A stretch of DNA of 64,000 nucleotides from Schizochytrium sp. TIO01 (Eukaryota; Protista; Bigyra: Labyrinthulomycetes), in assembly GCA_004764695.1 (NCBI GenBank), contig SMSO01000025.1, positions 1,054,001-1,118,000 of the forward strand, read 5' to 3'. The translations under genes were made by a program, and so were the position numbers. Under the pieces are notes generated by a model. That model did not search any database and was not told where the DNA came from. It was given only the letters and a program-made list of their open reading frames with translations. Positions 1-11,900 of the stretch are shown here, in pieces; positions within the stretch are counted from its first letter, which is position 1; every line of letters begins with the position of its first letter.

Positions 1-2150
1 AATCCTATTGACCTCTCTTCAAATTAATAATTTTAGAATTACGTCCAATTTGTAAGAATTTAGTCCATACTAGACTTAATTGATCATTCCAGAATTTGGA
101 AAATACCCCATAGAAATGAAACCAACAACAGTATTTAAAAGTGTGGGGGTTTATTTGACACATGCCTTTCTTCTAATCCAGCTTTGAGTGTAGAATGAAT
201 CAACGTTATTTTAGTGTATCAGACAGATATAGGAGAGAGGCTATTACAAGAGCATGCTTGGACATCGGAGAACCGTGTTTGCTTCGTGGCCAACACTTAC
301 TTTTGCAAGGGTATGTGTCACCAAACCGTCTGCAGTTCTCTGCAAATCATGCCAAAGATATGGACCCAATGACGATTGATTGATCCTTAACTATTACCCT
401 CCTAATAGCCTGAATGTTGACTGCCAGTCGGACGTAATACATTTGGTTGCAGTGCAACTGGACCTCGAACTCAGCAGCGCGGTAGTCCATTAGCATGGTT
501 ATGATTTTAAATGGTTTAATGTGATATTATTTTTAATTATTCAAATATTTAGAACAGTATTCATTTTTGAACTAAATTTCCTAGCCAACCTCTTGCTCGG
601 CAAGCTGTGCCTCTTGGTATTTATTAAATACCTCACTATAATGAGGATCCATGATATTAAACCACATACCTTTTGGCAGTTAAAGAGATCGGACGGTTTT
701 GCATGGGATGCAATACAAATGGAAAATTAAAGAAGGTAATCGTGGTGTGGTGGGAATACGAATTCTAAAAATGTGTAGATCTCTAGCTCCTCTACTTGTC
801 ATTTTAGAGATAGCCCTGGCACCACATTCTGCAATTTGCAACTTTCGAAGAGAAAATTTCCACAGGTAACTTGAAAATCATTACATATTAACTTCTTTGG
901 AAAGGGGCAAACAGTGAAAACTCAAGATGGGACGTTGATTCCCAGCATTGATTAATCATACGATTGGATTGAAAGTACAGTCATTGGCTTGAGAAATTCT
1001 TCTTACACAAATACTTCAATGTATCAGTGTGCTATTGAGTGTAACATTCCAATATTATATGGTATAATCTTCTACCAAATTCACGTGCCTTATATTCAAT
1101 TCATACACTAGAGTTTAAAAACACAAAGAACTCTACCTCTCTCGGCGTGCATAGAAAATTGGTGTGGCAGTCCGGAATGGAGAAGACCCAAGTAAATCTC
1201 AAATCAGAATAAGTACTGGTAATATGATCGTCTGTCCCCACTTCAGCATGCCAGTGATTCGTGCCGATTTAGGGTAGTTGCATCGTTCTTAATTGTATAT
1301 TTATTGGGCTTAACGACAATTGCCACCGATTGTCCTAACGATTAACCTAAAATTGCCCATTCCAGAGACGTTGATAAATGAACTAATATTAAGTCAACTA
1401 GAAATGTTATGAAACACAAAGACAAAATCAGCACAGATGAGTCAAAATGCCAACAATACCTAGACCAGGCGCATGTGATCTTGTCTCCACAGAAACAATG
1501 ATGAATGCGAGAACTGTTAACGCATTCGACTTATAAACCTTCAACCAGAAGAAGACGGCATCTCTAATTATATAGAAGGATCTCTAAGTCTTTACAATCT
1601 AAAGTCCTTTCTCTTGAGGGCTCATACTTGTAAAAATTGTTATTGTACTTTTAGACAAAAATAGATTTCGACTACATAACTTGTAATCCTAAATTCACAA
1701 TACATAATGTGTAATCCTAATCTGGATGTTTTGGCCACTCTCACAATTCAGGCAACTAACTATCTTAAGATTATTTGTTTACAAACCATACCAGACACAA
1801 CAGGGAGGAGTTGGTACTATTTTAAATGAGGTGCATTACAGACTGCTTGAAGTCACATAACAAATAAGTTGTATAACCTGAGAAAGAAACTTCAAACTCA
1901 GAGCGAGGCTTGACTAAGTAAATTTCTCCGATCAACTATGTCTCAGTTCGTTTGTTGAAGTACACTGGGAACGCATGATTCTTTTCCTTTCCGTGCAATT
2001 TTCTCATTTTGAAAACTCTAGTCTAATTCATGAAGAGCTGCATAAATGTCCTTCTTTCATTATCAGAACTATTATGAGCTCAGCGAAGGTGGAGAGTAAC
2101 TCAAGATAGCATTCAAATCGCTCCTTTCTCCAAGCCGCTAAGTAGAGTAC
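1..2150. other. AT-rich, microsatellite-free relic segment (decayed coding sequence or mobile element; runs off the left edge)
   Basis: High-complexity AT-rich DNA without the poly-A tracts and SSRs seen in other intergenic DNA here. Only short open frames; no recognisable motif. Confidence 0.3.
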
Positions 2151-2649
2151 TACTAATAATACTTTTAGTAGGTCACTAAGAATATCTCTGGTCTCTACCA
2201 CCTATAGTCTTTTGCATAAGAGTAGAACTAGAATAAGAGAATTGCTTCTTCCCTAGTTTTACTTTACCTCTAGCTGACAGTGGGTCTTCAGATATGTTTG
2301 TATGTGAGCATCCACCACATATTTACCACAAGTCCGGTTTTTTCTCGTAGGCTCTACGAACCTTTACTGGTACCGTTGCCTCCTAAGCTTTACTATACTT
2401 GGCGGTCGGGGCTTCTCCTTCTGTTGACCTTTTCCTTTTCCACCGAATCGCTTAACGCCTCCAGACTTAGTGTAATCCCTATGTACTCTTCAGACTGAAG
2501 GCCTACTATACACTAGGCGAGCCCGCTATAAGAAACTGCGTAGAGCTTGCTTATACCTTACTTATAGCAGCAGCTTTCTAACTCTATGGTACGAATACAT
2601 GGACTCACCTAAGCAAACTAGTACATAGCCAATGACTACCATGGGTCTC

Positions 2650-2719
2650 CATTCCATCATTCCTTCATTCCTTCGTTCTCATTCATTCAATCCTTCGTTC
2701 ATTCATTCATTCATTCATT
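2650..2719 (+). repeat. Degenerate (CATT/CCTT)n microsatellite
   Basis: ...ttcattcattcattcattcattg seen directly. Confidence 0.85.
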
Positions 2720-3127
2720 GAATCCTCATCAATAGCAAGCTCTACCCAACTCAACCACCTCCTTTGCCCCAAAGCGCTGTACTAATAAGGTAGGTAGGTA
2801 TTAATTGACCTTATCCCTATTCTTGCAAGTCTCCCATAGTGCAAAGCTTACCATACTACCATTACTATTTGTCTAGTTACCTTTAGTCATCCGTCTCCTT
2901 ATCTCCACGACTCTATTCCCCCTGTTCCCCAAGCGGTTTGTTTTACTGTAAACTCTAAGAGATCCTCCCTTGCTTTTTCTCTATTTTGCCTCCTTCCCCT
3001 GTCCGCTCAATCCATTTTACATTGGGGGGTACTTTGTGAAAAACCCATTTCATCTCCTTATTAGTTTCTTAACTGAGGTTTGCTCCCCGTTCCACCCTAC
3101 CCCCAATCTCTCTCCCCGCCCTCCGTG

Positions 3128-3145
3128 CCCTAACCCTAGCCCTAT
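3128..3145 (+). promoter_or_regulatory. Telomere-like (telo-box/Tbf1-type) element upstream of RPL37A
   Basis: CCCTAA-CCCTAG-CCCTAT tandem about 110 bp upstream of the ATG at 3253. Confidence 0.4.
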
Positions 3146-3252
3146 GAACCTCTTTTTAGACCATTTAAGCAGTTGGCTGTCGGTGGTGGGCAGGCAAACC
3201 AAGCAGGCAGGAGCAGCAGAGCGAGCAACTCCGCCGTCCCTCGTCATCTACC

Positions 3253-4186
3253 ATGGTACGTGGACTCTCGAGCGCTAGGGGCCTCGAGATACTCGCGTGC
3301 TGCCTTCGTCCTTCTCGCTGCGTTGAAACGCAGTTCGTGTCTTCTTCTGGGGTTTAGTCGTGGCATCGTTGCAACTCATCATGGCGATGGAGGCTCTGTG
3401 CCTCCACAACCTGCACTTCGGGTGAACGATACTTGCTGTTGATTCTCGTTCTTGCCGTGGTGGATTTGAGAAACATGACAGACTAGCATGATTGCTGAAG
3501 ATTTGCAAGCTGCGATCGAGGCATATCGAAGAGGTTTCTTCATGGACGAGGCAGTATGGTGTGGTATCAAGCTCTTTGTGGTCTTAGTATGGCATTTCAA
3601 TGCACATTGTTCAAGTGCTCTAGCTTTGATAGTTTTCGTCCGGCGTGCATACAGCAGCACCGGAGGATTGCTGGTCAAGGTTTCGCACGCGCGAAACTCC
3701 TCGGATGACAATTGTGCCTTGACGGAGTTATTCGGAACATAATGTGTGATATGCCATTGTTGACAGCAAGAGGACCTATCTGGCTTGGCCCTTACTAAGT
3801 CCTTAAAAGCTTTGTGACCGTCTCAATAGATTGAGATCACTTTTTGACAAGGAATCTGGATTACTAACTTTTCGATGTGACTAATTTGCTTTTGAACTCA
3901 ACAGGGTAAGCGCACTAAGAAGGCCGGCATTGTCGGTAAGTTCGGTACCCGTTACGGTGCCTCGCTCCGTAAGATCATCAAGGGTATTGAGATCTCCCAG
4001 CACTCCAAGTATGACTGCCCGTTCTGCGGCAAGCTCGCTGTGAAGCGCAAGGCTGTCGGCATCTGGGACTGCCGTGCTTGCAAGAAGCGCATGGCTGGTG
4101 GCGCCTATGTTCTCAGCACACCGGCTGCTGCTGATGTTCGCACCACCCTCACCCGTGTGAAGAGAAACGCTGAGCGTCTCGCATAA
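3253..4186 (+). CDS. RPL37A: 60S ribosomal protein L37a/eL43, 94 aa; join(3253..3255,3905..4186)
   Basis: Exon 2 translates [68 protein letters not shown]...ERLA*, with the eL43 C4 zinc finger (CPFC...CRAC). Exon 1 coding part is ATG only (ccATG|gtacgt); acceptor aacag|GGT. Confidence 0.97.
3256..3904 (+). other. 649-nt spliceosomal intron of RPL37A
   Basis: GTACGT donor, TACTAAC branch-point motif at 3862-3868, CAG acceptor at 3902-3904; splicing gives M-G-K-R-T-K-K. Confidence 0.88.
3600..3713 (+). ncRNA. Candidate intronic H/ACA-like snoRNA
   Basis: Stem ATGCAC(3600)/GTGCAT(3645-3650), ANANNA box ACAGCA at 3651-3656, second hairpin with GTTTCGC/GCGAAAC stem, ACA at 3708-3710. Pocket geometry is not canonical. 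Confidence 0.25.
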
Positions 4187-5285
4187 ACAAATTATTGATT
4201 GGTTGCCTGGTCAAATTCTTATTACACCCATCTTCACCTCCTTTTGCCTCTGTTGCATGATCTTCGGTTATCGTGCAAGTCTCTTGTTGGGTTCTCCCCT
4301 ATGTATTGCCCATCACAATTGTCTTGATATGATGACGCATTTGTGCTTGCAAGGAAGTTGTTTGACTCCTCTATTGAATGAAGAGTCTGATGTTAGTTGC
4401 AGCAGGAAGATATCTCCCCGATACAATTAACAAGGTTGGTATGGCTTCTGACACTTCTAGTGACGTCTCAAGGTCTTTCTTGCCTCGCCTCTAGCTAGAT
4501 TATGAAGGATTACCACCTCGAGAGGCTTGCATCATCGTACTTCGAATAGTTGTTCGAACCTTGTCCAATTTTTTTTTTAAATTATACATCATTCCACTCC
4601 GAAGGCAACATAGAACGAAGTTCGTCGCTCTTGAAAGTTGTAAACACTGTGATGTCCTTGTGCTGGTCTCTGAATTGAATTTGTTAGCCTTGGTGAATCA
4701 CAGCCAATCTTCATTGATTGAAGAATGTTATTAAATGGTTATTTGAAAGCTGGGTTGTAAATAAGGTTCTTGGCTGCTCGTTATAAATAATCAGCTATTT
4801 GAATTATGTGGACATGGGCAGGCTGGATGTGGCGTGATATATTATTTTTCTAAAATAAAGCAAACATGTAAAAGCAAAGTGTCTTAGCAGGCGCAAACGT
4901 AAGCCGCAGTCGCTGTACCTCTAACAAATAATGTAAAGCATCAAATTGAAAACTAAACAAGACTGGAATATTTTTCATTTCTGAAAATTGTGACTGTTTA
5001 ACTAGGGTGCAAGAAGCGGGATAGTTCACTTAACGAAAGTGATGTCCTTGGTAGGGAGTAGAAAAGGAGGCAACCGGATCAGATGACAGCGACCTCCCGA
5101 CGAATGCCTACACTCCATAGCAATGTTGAAGGTTCCTCCTTGATCTCTTAATCTACAGGAGGGTTTTAAAACATTGCAAGCAGTGAAGACTTATCAGGTG
5201 TTTTCGCTTTTCAAGGCCGTGACATCATCATAAGGTGTCTACTCTCTAGCAAGTCATTCTATTCGCGCAGTTTAAAATAGCGCCT

Positions 5286-5903
5286 CTATTTGGAGAAACG
5301 GGGAAATCGTGTGCATTCCAAAGAATTTCCTTGGCCAAGAACATTAAAAGAGATCCTACTGAGCAGGAAAGTAGGGCAATCAATGTATCATTGGTTCTGC
5401 AGATCTTGTGACTGCCTTGATGTTGACGATGCTGCACTATTGCTGCTTACTTTTGGGTTGTCACCTCGACCTGAAGCTTCAACGTTAGCAGAAATCGACT
5501 CTGGATTGCATCGCTGCTGTTGATTTGGAACAGATAGATTTGCACCATTTGCACCATTTTCATCAGACAAAAGACGCTCTCCATTCTGAAGTTTCGGCGC
5601 AGACGATTTCCCAATGAGTCTATTTAACCCGCATGTGGGGCCCGAGCAGGATCGTGCAGTTGCGGTGCCATCCGCAATCTGACGACCGACGCTTTCGGGC
5701 TTCAAATAGGCTTGAACCTTGCCGGCTACAAACGAGACGGCATCAATCAAAAGTCAGACCATGGGTACGTGCGCGGATCTCACCAAAGACTTCAAAAGAA
5801 AGTAAAGTCCCTCAAGTCACGAGTTAGCTGGAGTCTCGCTGTGAGGATCTCCCCGAGCTAGCTTCTGCGTTTCAGGTTTGCAGGAGGCTTTCTCTTCTGC
5901 TAT
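5286..5903 (-). pseudogene. Disabled 205-codon reading frame (ATA start, three in-frame TGA), divergent from the SH3 gene
   Basis: One frame reads (ATA)AEEKASCKPETQKLARGDPHSETPANS*LEGLYFLLKSLVRSAHVPMV*LLIDAVSFVAGKVQAYLKP...DLQNQ*YIDCPTFLLSR...FSK(TAG). It includes the 120-aa ORF 5388..5750. Confidence 0.5.
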
Positions 5904-6666
5904 GCTACCACGTACGTGCTATCACCTACAACACTGTATAGTATAAACTCAACACTAGCTCGCTCGCTCACTCGCTCTCTCCTCCTTAGTAATCCCCAAA
6001 CTCCAATCTCCGAGCGGACTAGTTCCTGGACCAAAAATGTCCGTACACGATGTTCCTTGCTTCCTTTCTCTCTCCCGCATTTCCCCGACTCATTCTCCCC
6101 GGTGCCAGAACCCGCAAAAGTACACACCATGCACACTGATCCGTTACCGCTAGGATGTTTTACCTTCATTTGAGCCAGCTAATTATTGTATGAGAGCGCT
6201 ACGAAGTGAGTAAAGCACTATGCCCCTAGAATAGCTATAGTATGGTAGTAAAATGGCTATTGACTCCAGAACAGTAGGTAGGGACGAATCGTATGTGTAC
6301 TAAGAAAAGCTCGTCGCTGGCGCAACGCGGGCGCTTTCGATGCTGTTGGTGGTCAATCAAGCTCAAATAAGCCACTCCTTTCCCTCGAAGAGCACTGCTG
6401 ATAAAGCCTCGTGGTTCCGGAGCTTCGATTCGTCACTTCGTTGCGTGTGGTGAAAGAGTCAGTCAAAGTACAATCTGCAAGTCCTGCTGCGCTCCATGCG
6501 ACGCAGTAGAAAAGTAGTTCCAGCTTGAAGCAAAATACTTAGGTCGTCAAGCCGTGGGGAAGCTAGGTAAGAACAGCAACCTAGAAAGCGTTGAATCGAA
6601 GACACGCGAGAGCGACAGCCTCGCGAAGTGGCTTGCCAACTCCACAAGAGACGAGGTTAGTCAACC

Positions 6667-8118
6667 ATGGCAAGTGTAATCAAACTTGCGAAAGCCCAGG
6701 TGACAGAAGACTGTCTTGCTCTAGTTGTACCGGGCTCTAAACATCCTCAACAACAGGTGGCTAGGGGAACAGTTGTTTGGTTAACTCATGAATACAAGAC
6801 AGCATATTATGGTCGACTTGAAGACAATGGTACTCCGGTGTGGCTCGAAAAAAAAGTATTGCAGATTATTCAGCAGTCTCGGTCTGCTTCGATAGAAAAC
6901 TTAGCAGCAGAAACTCCAGTCAACAACGGTACCGTAGAATCAAAATCTGAAGGCTTGGAAGAACGAGACTCAAGCTTTAATACAGTTTCAAATGGCACAC
7001 CTCAACCCAAATCTAATGAAACTTCATTTGCAAATAAACAAATTGGAAATAACTCTCGAGATTTACCGGGACCAAATAGCTGGCAGGAGGAACACAAGAT
7101 TCCACCAGGGTTTTCAGCTCGTTCTCAGACTTCAGCGAAGGCTCTATATTTCTTTGATCCTACTGCGCAGAAAGTCCCTTCGGGCCTAGCTATGCAACCT
7201 GATGACCAGCTGACAATTGTAGCTGAGGAAGGTGCATGGTACTTTGGAAAAAATTTGCGAATAGGATTCTCAGGGATTTTCCCTAAGACCTTCGTTCGCC
7301 TACTTGGCGGAGCCCCCACTTTCAACCGAAAGCGACGAAAGTCGGCGACTCCATCAACATCCGTTGCTGCTGCTGCTGCTGCTACCGCTACTTCCGCCAC
7401 AGCTTTTGGAACCTCTCAGTCTCGTCAAAGGCGCCATTCCGTCTCAGAAGGATTGTTATCACCTCGGTCGCCACACACAGCTGCGTCTGAGACAAAGTCA
7501 CCTCGACAACAACAAAGTTTACAAGTAAATACGAGCGATCACGACCCTTTATCACCTGGGTCTACTGCGCTGTCTCCGAACGAAGGAATGGCAGGCACCG
7601 CTGAGCATATATTAAGCAATCCAGCTGAACCTTCTAAGGAGGCACTGGCACTGCTCGAGAAACTTCGGGCTCAGTTCCCAGTTACTGATGAACTAAGTCT
7701 GAGAATTTTGAACGACCTCGTTAAACATTGCTCAAGGAGCTTTGCGTTGGTGGTCTTAGATGAGCTACAGAACCGGGAAAGAGCTCAAAAACTTGCTATA
7801 GAACGTGCTTCTCTAACAGCTCGTCAAGACGCTGATAAGGATATCCAAATCCTCCTTGACGAAGTAGACCGACTCAACGTTCTTGTTGCCGAAACTACCA
7901 ATGATTCAGGAGCCAATGGCTCGAAGCAGTCAATAGAGGAAGAGAAGGAGGTTATTACCTTACGAAAAGAGCTCGAGTCAAAGTCAACACAACTTGCTGC
8001 ATGCGAAGCTAAAGCAAAAGAGCTGCAAGCCAAGGTTGCGGCTCTTGAAAATGAAGAATGGCTGCGTAATGAACTTGCCTTCTTGAATGTCAAGAGTCCT
8101 AGAAGTTACCTCAAATAA
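6667..8118 (+). CDS. SH3-domain protein with C-terminal coiled coil, 483 aa
   Basis: SH3 motif AKALYFFD...LAMQPDDQLTIVAEEGAWYFGKNLRIGFSGIFPKTFVRLL (about 7135-7305); a degenerate SH3-like N-terminus; heptad-rich C-terminus. Confidence 0.9.
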   Translation: MASVIKLAKAQVTEDCLALVVPGSKHPQQQVARGTVVWLTHEYKTAYYGRLEDNGTPVWLEKKVLQIIQQSRSASIENLAAETPVNNGTVESKSEGLEERDSSFNTVSNGTPQPKSNETSFANKQIGNNSRDLPGPNSWQEEHKIPPGFSARSQTSAKALYFFDPTAQKVPSGLAMQPDDQLTIVAEEGAWYFGKNLRIGFSGIFPKTFVRLLGGAPTFNRKRRKSATPSTSVAAAAAATATSATAFGTSQSRQRRHSVSEGLLSPRSPHTAASETKSPRQQQSLQVNTSDHDPLSPGSTALSPNEGMAGTAEHILSNPAEPSKEALALLEKLRAQFPVTDELSLRILNDLVKHCSRSFALVVLDELQNRERAQKLAIERASLTARQDADKDIQILLDEVDRLNVLVAETTNDSGANGSKQSIEEEKEVITLRKELESKSTQLAACEAKAKELQAKVAALENEEWLRNELAFLNVKSPRSYLK

Positions 8119-8935
8119 GATTTTCACATGGAGATCAATGGTGGAAGTTGACTATCATGTGCCAAGTAGAAAACTTGATACATACCGATGAAGTTTTCAA
8201 TAAATTTGCAATGCTATCAAGCGAGAGAATGAACATAGTTCTTGATTCATCTGACAGCACAACGTTGTCACCTATTCGTTATTACACTTGGTGATGATTT
8301 TTGTTTCTCTTCCATTGTCTTTTCTTTCTTTCAATAGCATAGCTATTACATGACGAGAGTATACACAACACTTAAGCGTCGTGTCTGAAAGGACATTATG
8401 ACGATTTGCTGAGTTCTTCCTTTTATTAAGTGCATATCAAATTTAATTTAACCATTATAAATTTTCAATTTGTAGCTAATTGGCACGCCAACCTCCAAGT
8501 TTGCAGTGCAAAGAAAGATAACTTTGGTAGCACACAGGCTTTTAATTCTCGAATAATAAATTGATGTTTCTCGCGTACAAATACATAGAAGCCTCTGCGA
8601 CAAGGAGTTGCCATCAATATTATCGCGCAGATTTTACGGGGGGAAACTCTTGAAAGTTTTAAGAATGAAGTTTGCTTTTATAAAACAGAATAATATATTA
8701 AAAGTATTGTCGTAGTTGGCTTGTTTCTTTTTGCTCTTTGTTACTTATCTTACATGGGAGTGGGGTGTGCATCAAACAAGAAAAGGGAAAATGGTGGTGA
8801 CGCAAAAACAGACTGCAGCGCACGTAGGAGTACTCATCTGGCAGATGAATGGCCTCAACAGGTGGACTAATCCAAGACAGAAGAATCCCAATTGAATATT
8901 GATCGAGTTTGTGCCACATTCTTTCGATCACCAAA

Positions 8936-11900
8936 TTACAATATAAGCTGCCCTTGAATGGTTTCAAGTTGATCTCCAAGGTACTCGCGCCATTCCTGTT
9001 TCTGACAAAGCTTTACTTGATCAGAAAGGTCATCTAGGAGAACCTGATTTGCGTGCGATTCGGCGTCAGCGGACTGTTGCGAAACAAGGTCATGGAATGT
9101 TTCGATCTGCAAGGCAATATGGTCAACACGAGCGGCATCTCCTAGTTTTGCTTGCATATCATATGTGCATGTGTGAAGTACGGAAGCAAGTTCCTTGATC
9201 ATAGACCTGCAAGATAGCGTAGTTGCAACATCGGCAAGCTGCGACATCTCCAAAATCAAATGATAGTTTGACCGCAAAGCCCAGTATAAGGCACGCCAAT
9301 GCTGACTATTAGCAAGACTGATCTCACGCACCTTATGAACATCGAGACGTTGTAAAGAAGCACGAGAAATAGGGACTTCGCGAGAAAGCTTCGGAATGGA
9401 AGCTCGGTCCGGGATATGATGACCTGTAGGGGTGCTTCGTGAGCGAGACTTTTTGCTCACCAAGCCCGCGTGTGAAAAGCCCTCTGCTGTGCTTCGCGTC
9501 TTGATCCGCGCTGTTGCTGAAGAATCAACCATGGCATGACTCTTGAAGCGGCGATGAGCACTCAAAGCAGCCTCCGTTGAACGTAAATCCGCCTCACGAG
9601 CGTTAGTCCATGTAGCCATGTACAATGCCTCGCCAGCATCAACACTCCAAAGTCGGAGTTGATAATCAATAGAATGATTAAATTCTGTAACAGGATCCGT
9701 CTCCTCCTCTTCCTCCGTGTCACTAGCATGCACGGGCATAGACTCATCTGAAGGAGACAAAGGGCGTGCCAGCCGATTTGTGCGGGTGGTGGCCCCTTGA
9801 CTGGCCGTTGTTGATGAAGAGGACACTGGAGACGCTGATAATATTGCAGTTTCAATATCCCCACGTAGAGTCGTTGCAATTTCCTCGAAAAGGCCTGAGA
9901 GACGCGTGCCAGTTTCTTCATCAAGGGCATCATACAGTCGAATTTCACGATTCTCGGCGTTCAATTTCAACGCGAGCAACAGGAGTACCAAATGGGTACG
10001 CCATTCATGGCGGTCACGGTCATCAAAGTCATCTTCTGAAGGAAGGGCATTACCTGAGATCCCGCCCGAAATAGCTGCCGCAGTTGCTGCAAGAGTTGCG
10101 CTTACTCCACTGCTGCCAGCAGAATTTGAAGTCCAGCCGATGGTGTGCCCAGAGTTATTTGAATGATTTGCATTTGGAGGAAGAGCAACCATAGGTGAGG
10201 ACGAGGATGTAGAAGTCGCACCAGCGGATGTTGCAGTTGAAGTGGAGGAATTAGGTTGAAGATGACCCGAGGTTGAGCGACGGGGACGAAAAACGTTGCG
10301 TAGCTTCTTACGCCAAGGCAAGACTTTAGAGCTGCGCTCAGCGCCTCTCCGTCCAAGGAGTTTGGAAAGATCAGTGAGCAGTGTGCTTGAGTTTTTGTAA
10401 AGCGGAATTACATCCCGCGATGTCCGCAAGCACAAGTACAACCGATCTAGAAGAAGCTTTAAGGGGCTCGTGTCGCTAACATCGCGCGAGGTGTCTTGTA
10501 CAGCATCCATAAGTCCTTCCAAAAGTGCCCGCATTGCAAGGTAACTGTCCGGGGCTCGCCAAACGTCTGTAGAGTGACAGATACCTCCGAAGTGCTCAAC
10601 CTCGGTAATACTAGTGGCAGATGATGATGATGATGATGATAGATGTGCGAGTTTGGTTTTTTCGCGGGAACTTCCGCCTTGGCGAGATGAAAATGAGGAG
10701 GTTAATGATGATAATGGTGCTGTCGTTGAAGTGGCCCCGCGCTCAGCAGTGGCAACGACCTTGTTACCGTTGCTCGTGCTATCAGCAGCAGCAGATGAAG
10801 TAGTATGACCATGCTGGTGATCTTTACTTGTTGCTTTAGAAGCCCCAGACTTTAAGCTTAGAGATTTCTTGGAAGACCCAGGAAGTAAAGGAGATGCACT
10901 CATAGGTGTACCGGGTCCTCGCCCAAGGTCAGACTGTTGATGAAGCAAAAGCTCCGCATAGCCATTAGCCTCAAGGATTTCCTTGCATGTGGCGATAGCT
11001 GCCTGCCGATACTCCTCTGACGCGGCACTAGCAAAGGCGTTGCGTAAATTAGACACAACCCAAACAACGCGAAGATTAAGCGCACGAGTAGAGCCCGTGA
11101 GCCCCTCTGCTGTTCCACCGGCTTGAGGAGAAGTGGCTGCAGCACTGGCAGCACTACTGCTGTAGTCACTCGTGGGGGAAAGAAGTGGTTCACTGTGGGT
11201 ATGGTGGTGGTGCGCGGATGGCCCGGCGCTACGGTCACTACTACTGCGGTCACTGCTACGGTCGAGACCTGCAAATATTTTCAGTCGATAGCGTGTTGCA
11301 GACGAGGTAGCCGTACTGGAGTTAGAGTTCGTGGGCATTTGGGCGGCATTCGCGTGGGCCGCAAGAAGTTCCTGATCACGCTCGCGTGCCATTTTCATGA
11401 CAAGGTCCATGTTGCACCAGTGCATTGGGGCACACTTACGAAAGTCAGCAATAGTGCCTGGGTCTAGGACCATACACCACTGCAGGAGCGAACGGTGGAA
11501 GGTTTCCATGAATGCCGAATTATCGCTCTGCATGGTTTCAAGGCTCTGGTTAAGAGAATCCATGAGAGAGCCTGCATCAGAGAGCTGCATGAGCGATGGC
11601 TCATTCATCTTAAAAAAGCAGAGCAGAGCTGCAAACAGTGTCGTCTCACCATTGGCTAGCATGACGTCATAGAATTGATGAAGGCGTGGGCTTCCTGGTG
11701 GAAGCACACTACAAAATAGGCTAAGCAAAGGTCCAATGAACATGTACGAGACGTCGAGTTCGCATTTTTTCAAGTGCGCCATGAGTTCTGGGAAATACTG
11801 TTCCAAAAGCTGTTGAAGTACCCAGACGTCTCTCTTAAGGCCTGAGATGTCTGCAGTAAAATAGTCAGGTGCTATGCGTCCAGTGTGGCACACGTGCATG

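Noticed and set aside
8103-8293. Open -1 frame of about 62 codons overlapping the end of the SH3 gene, a possible second frameshift
   Set aside because: Short, no slippery heptamer and no recognisable domain; compatible with chance.
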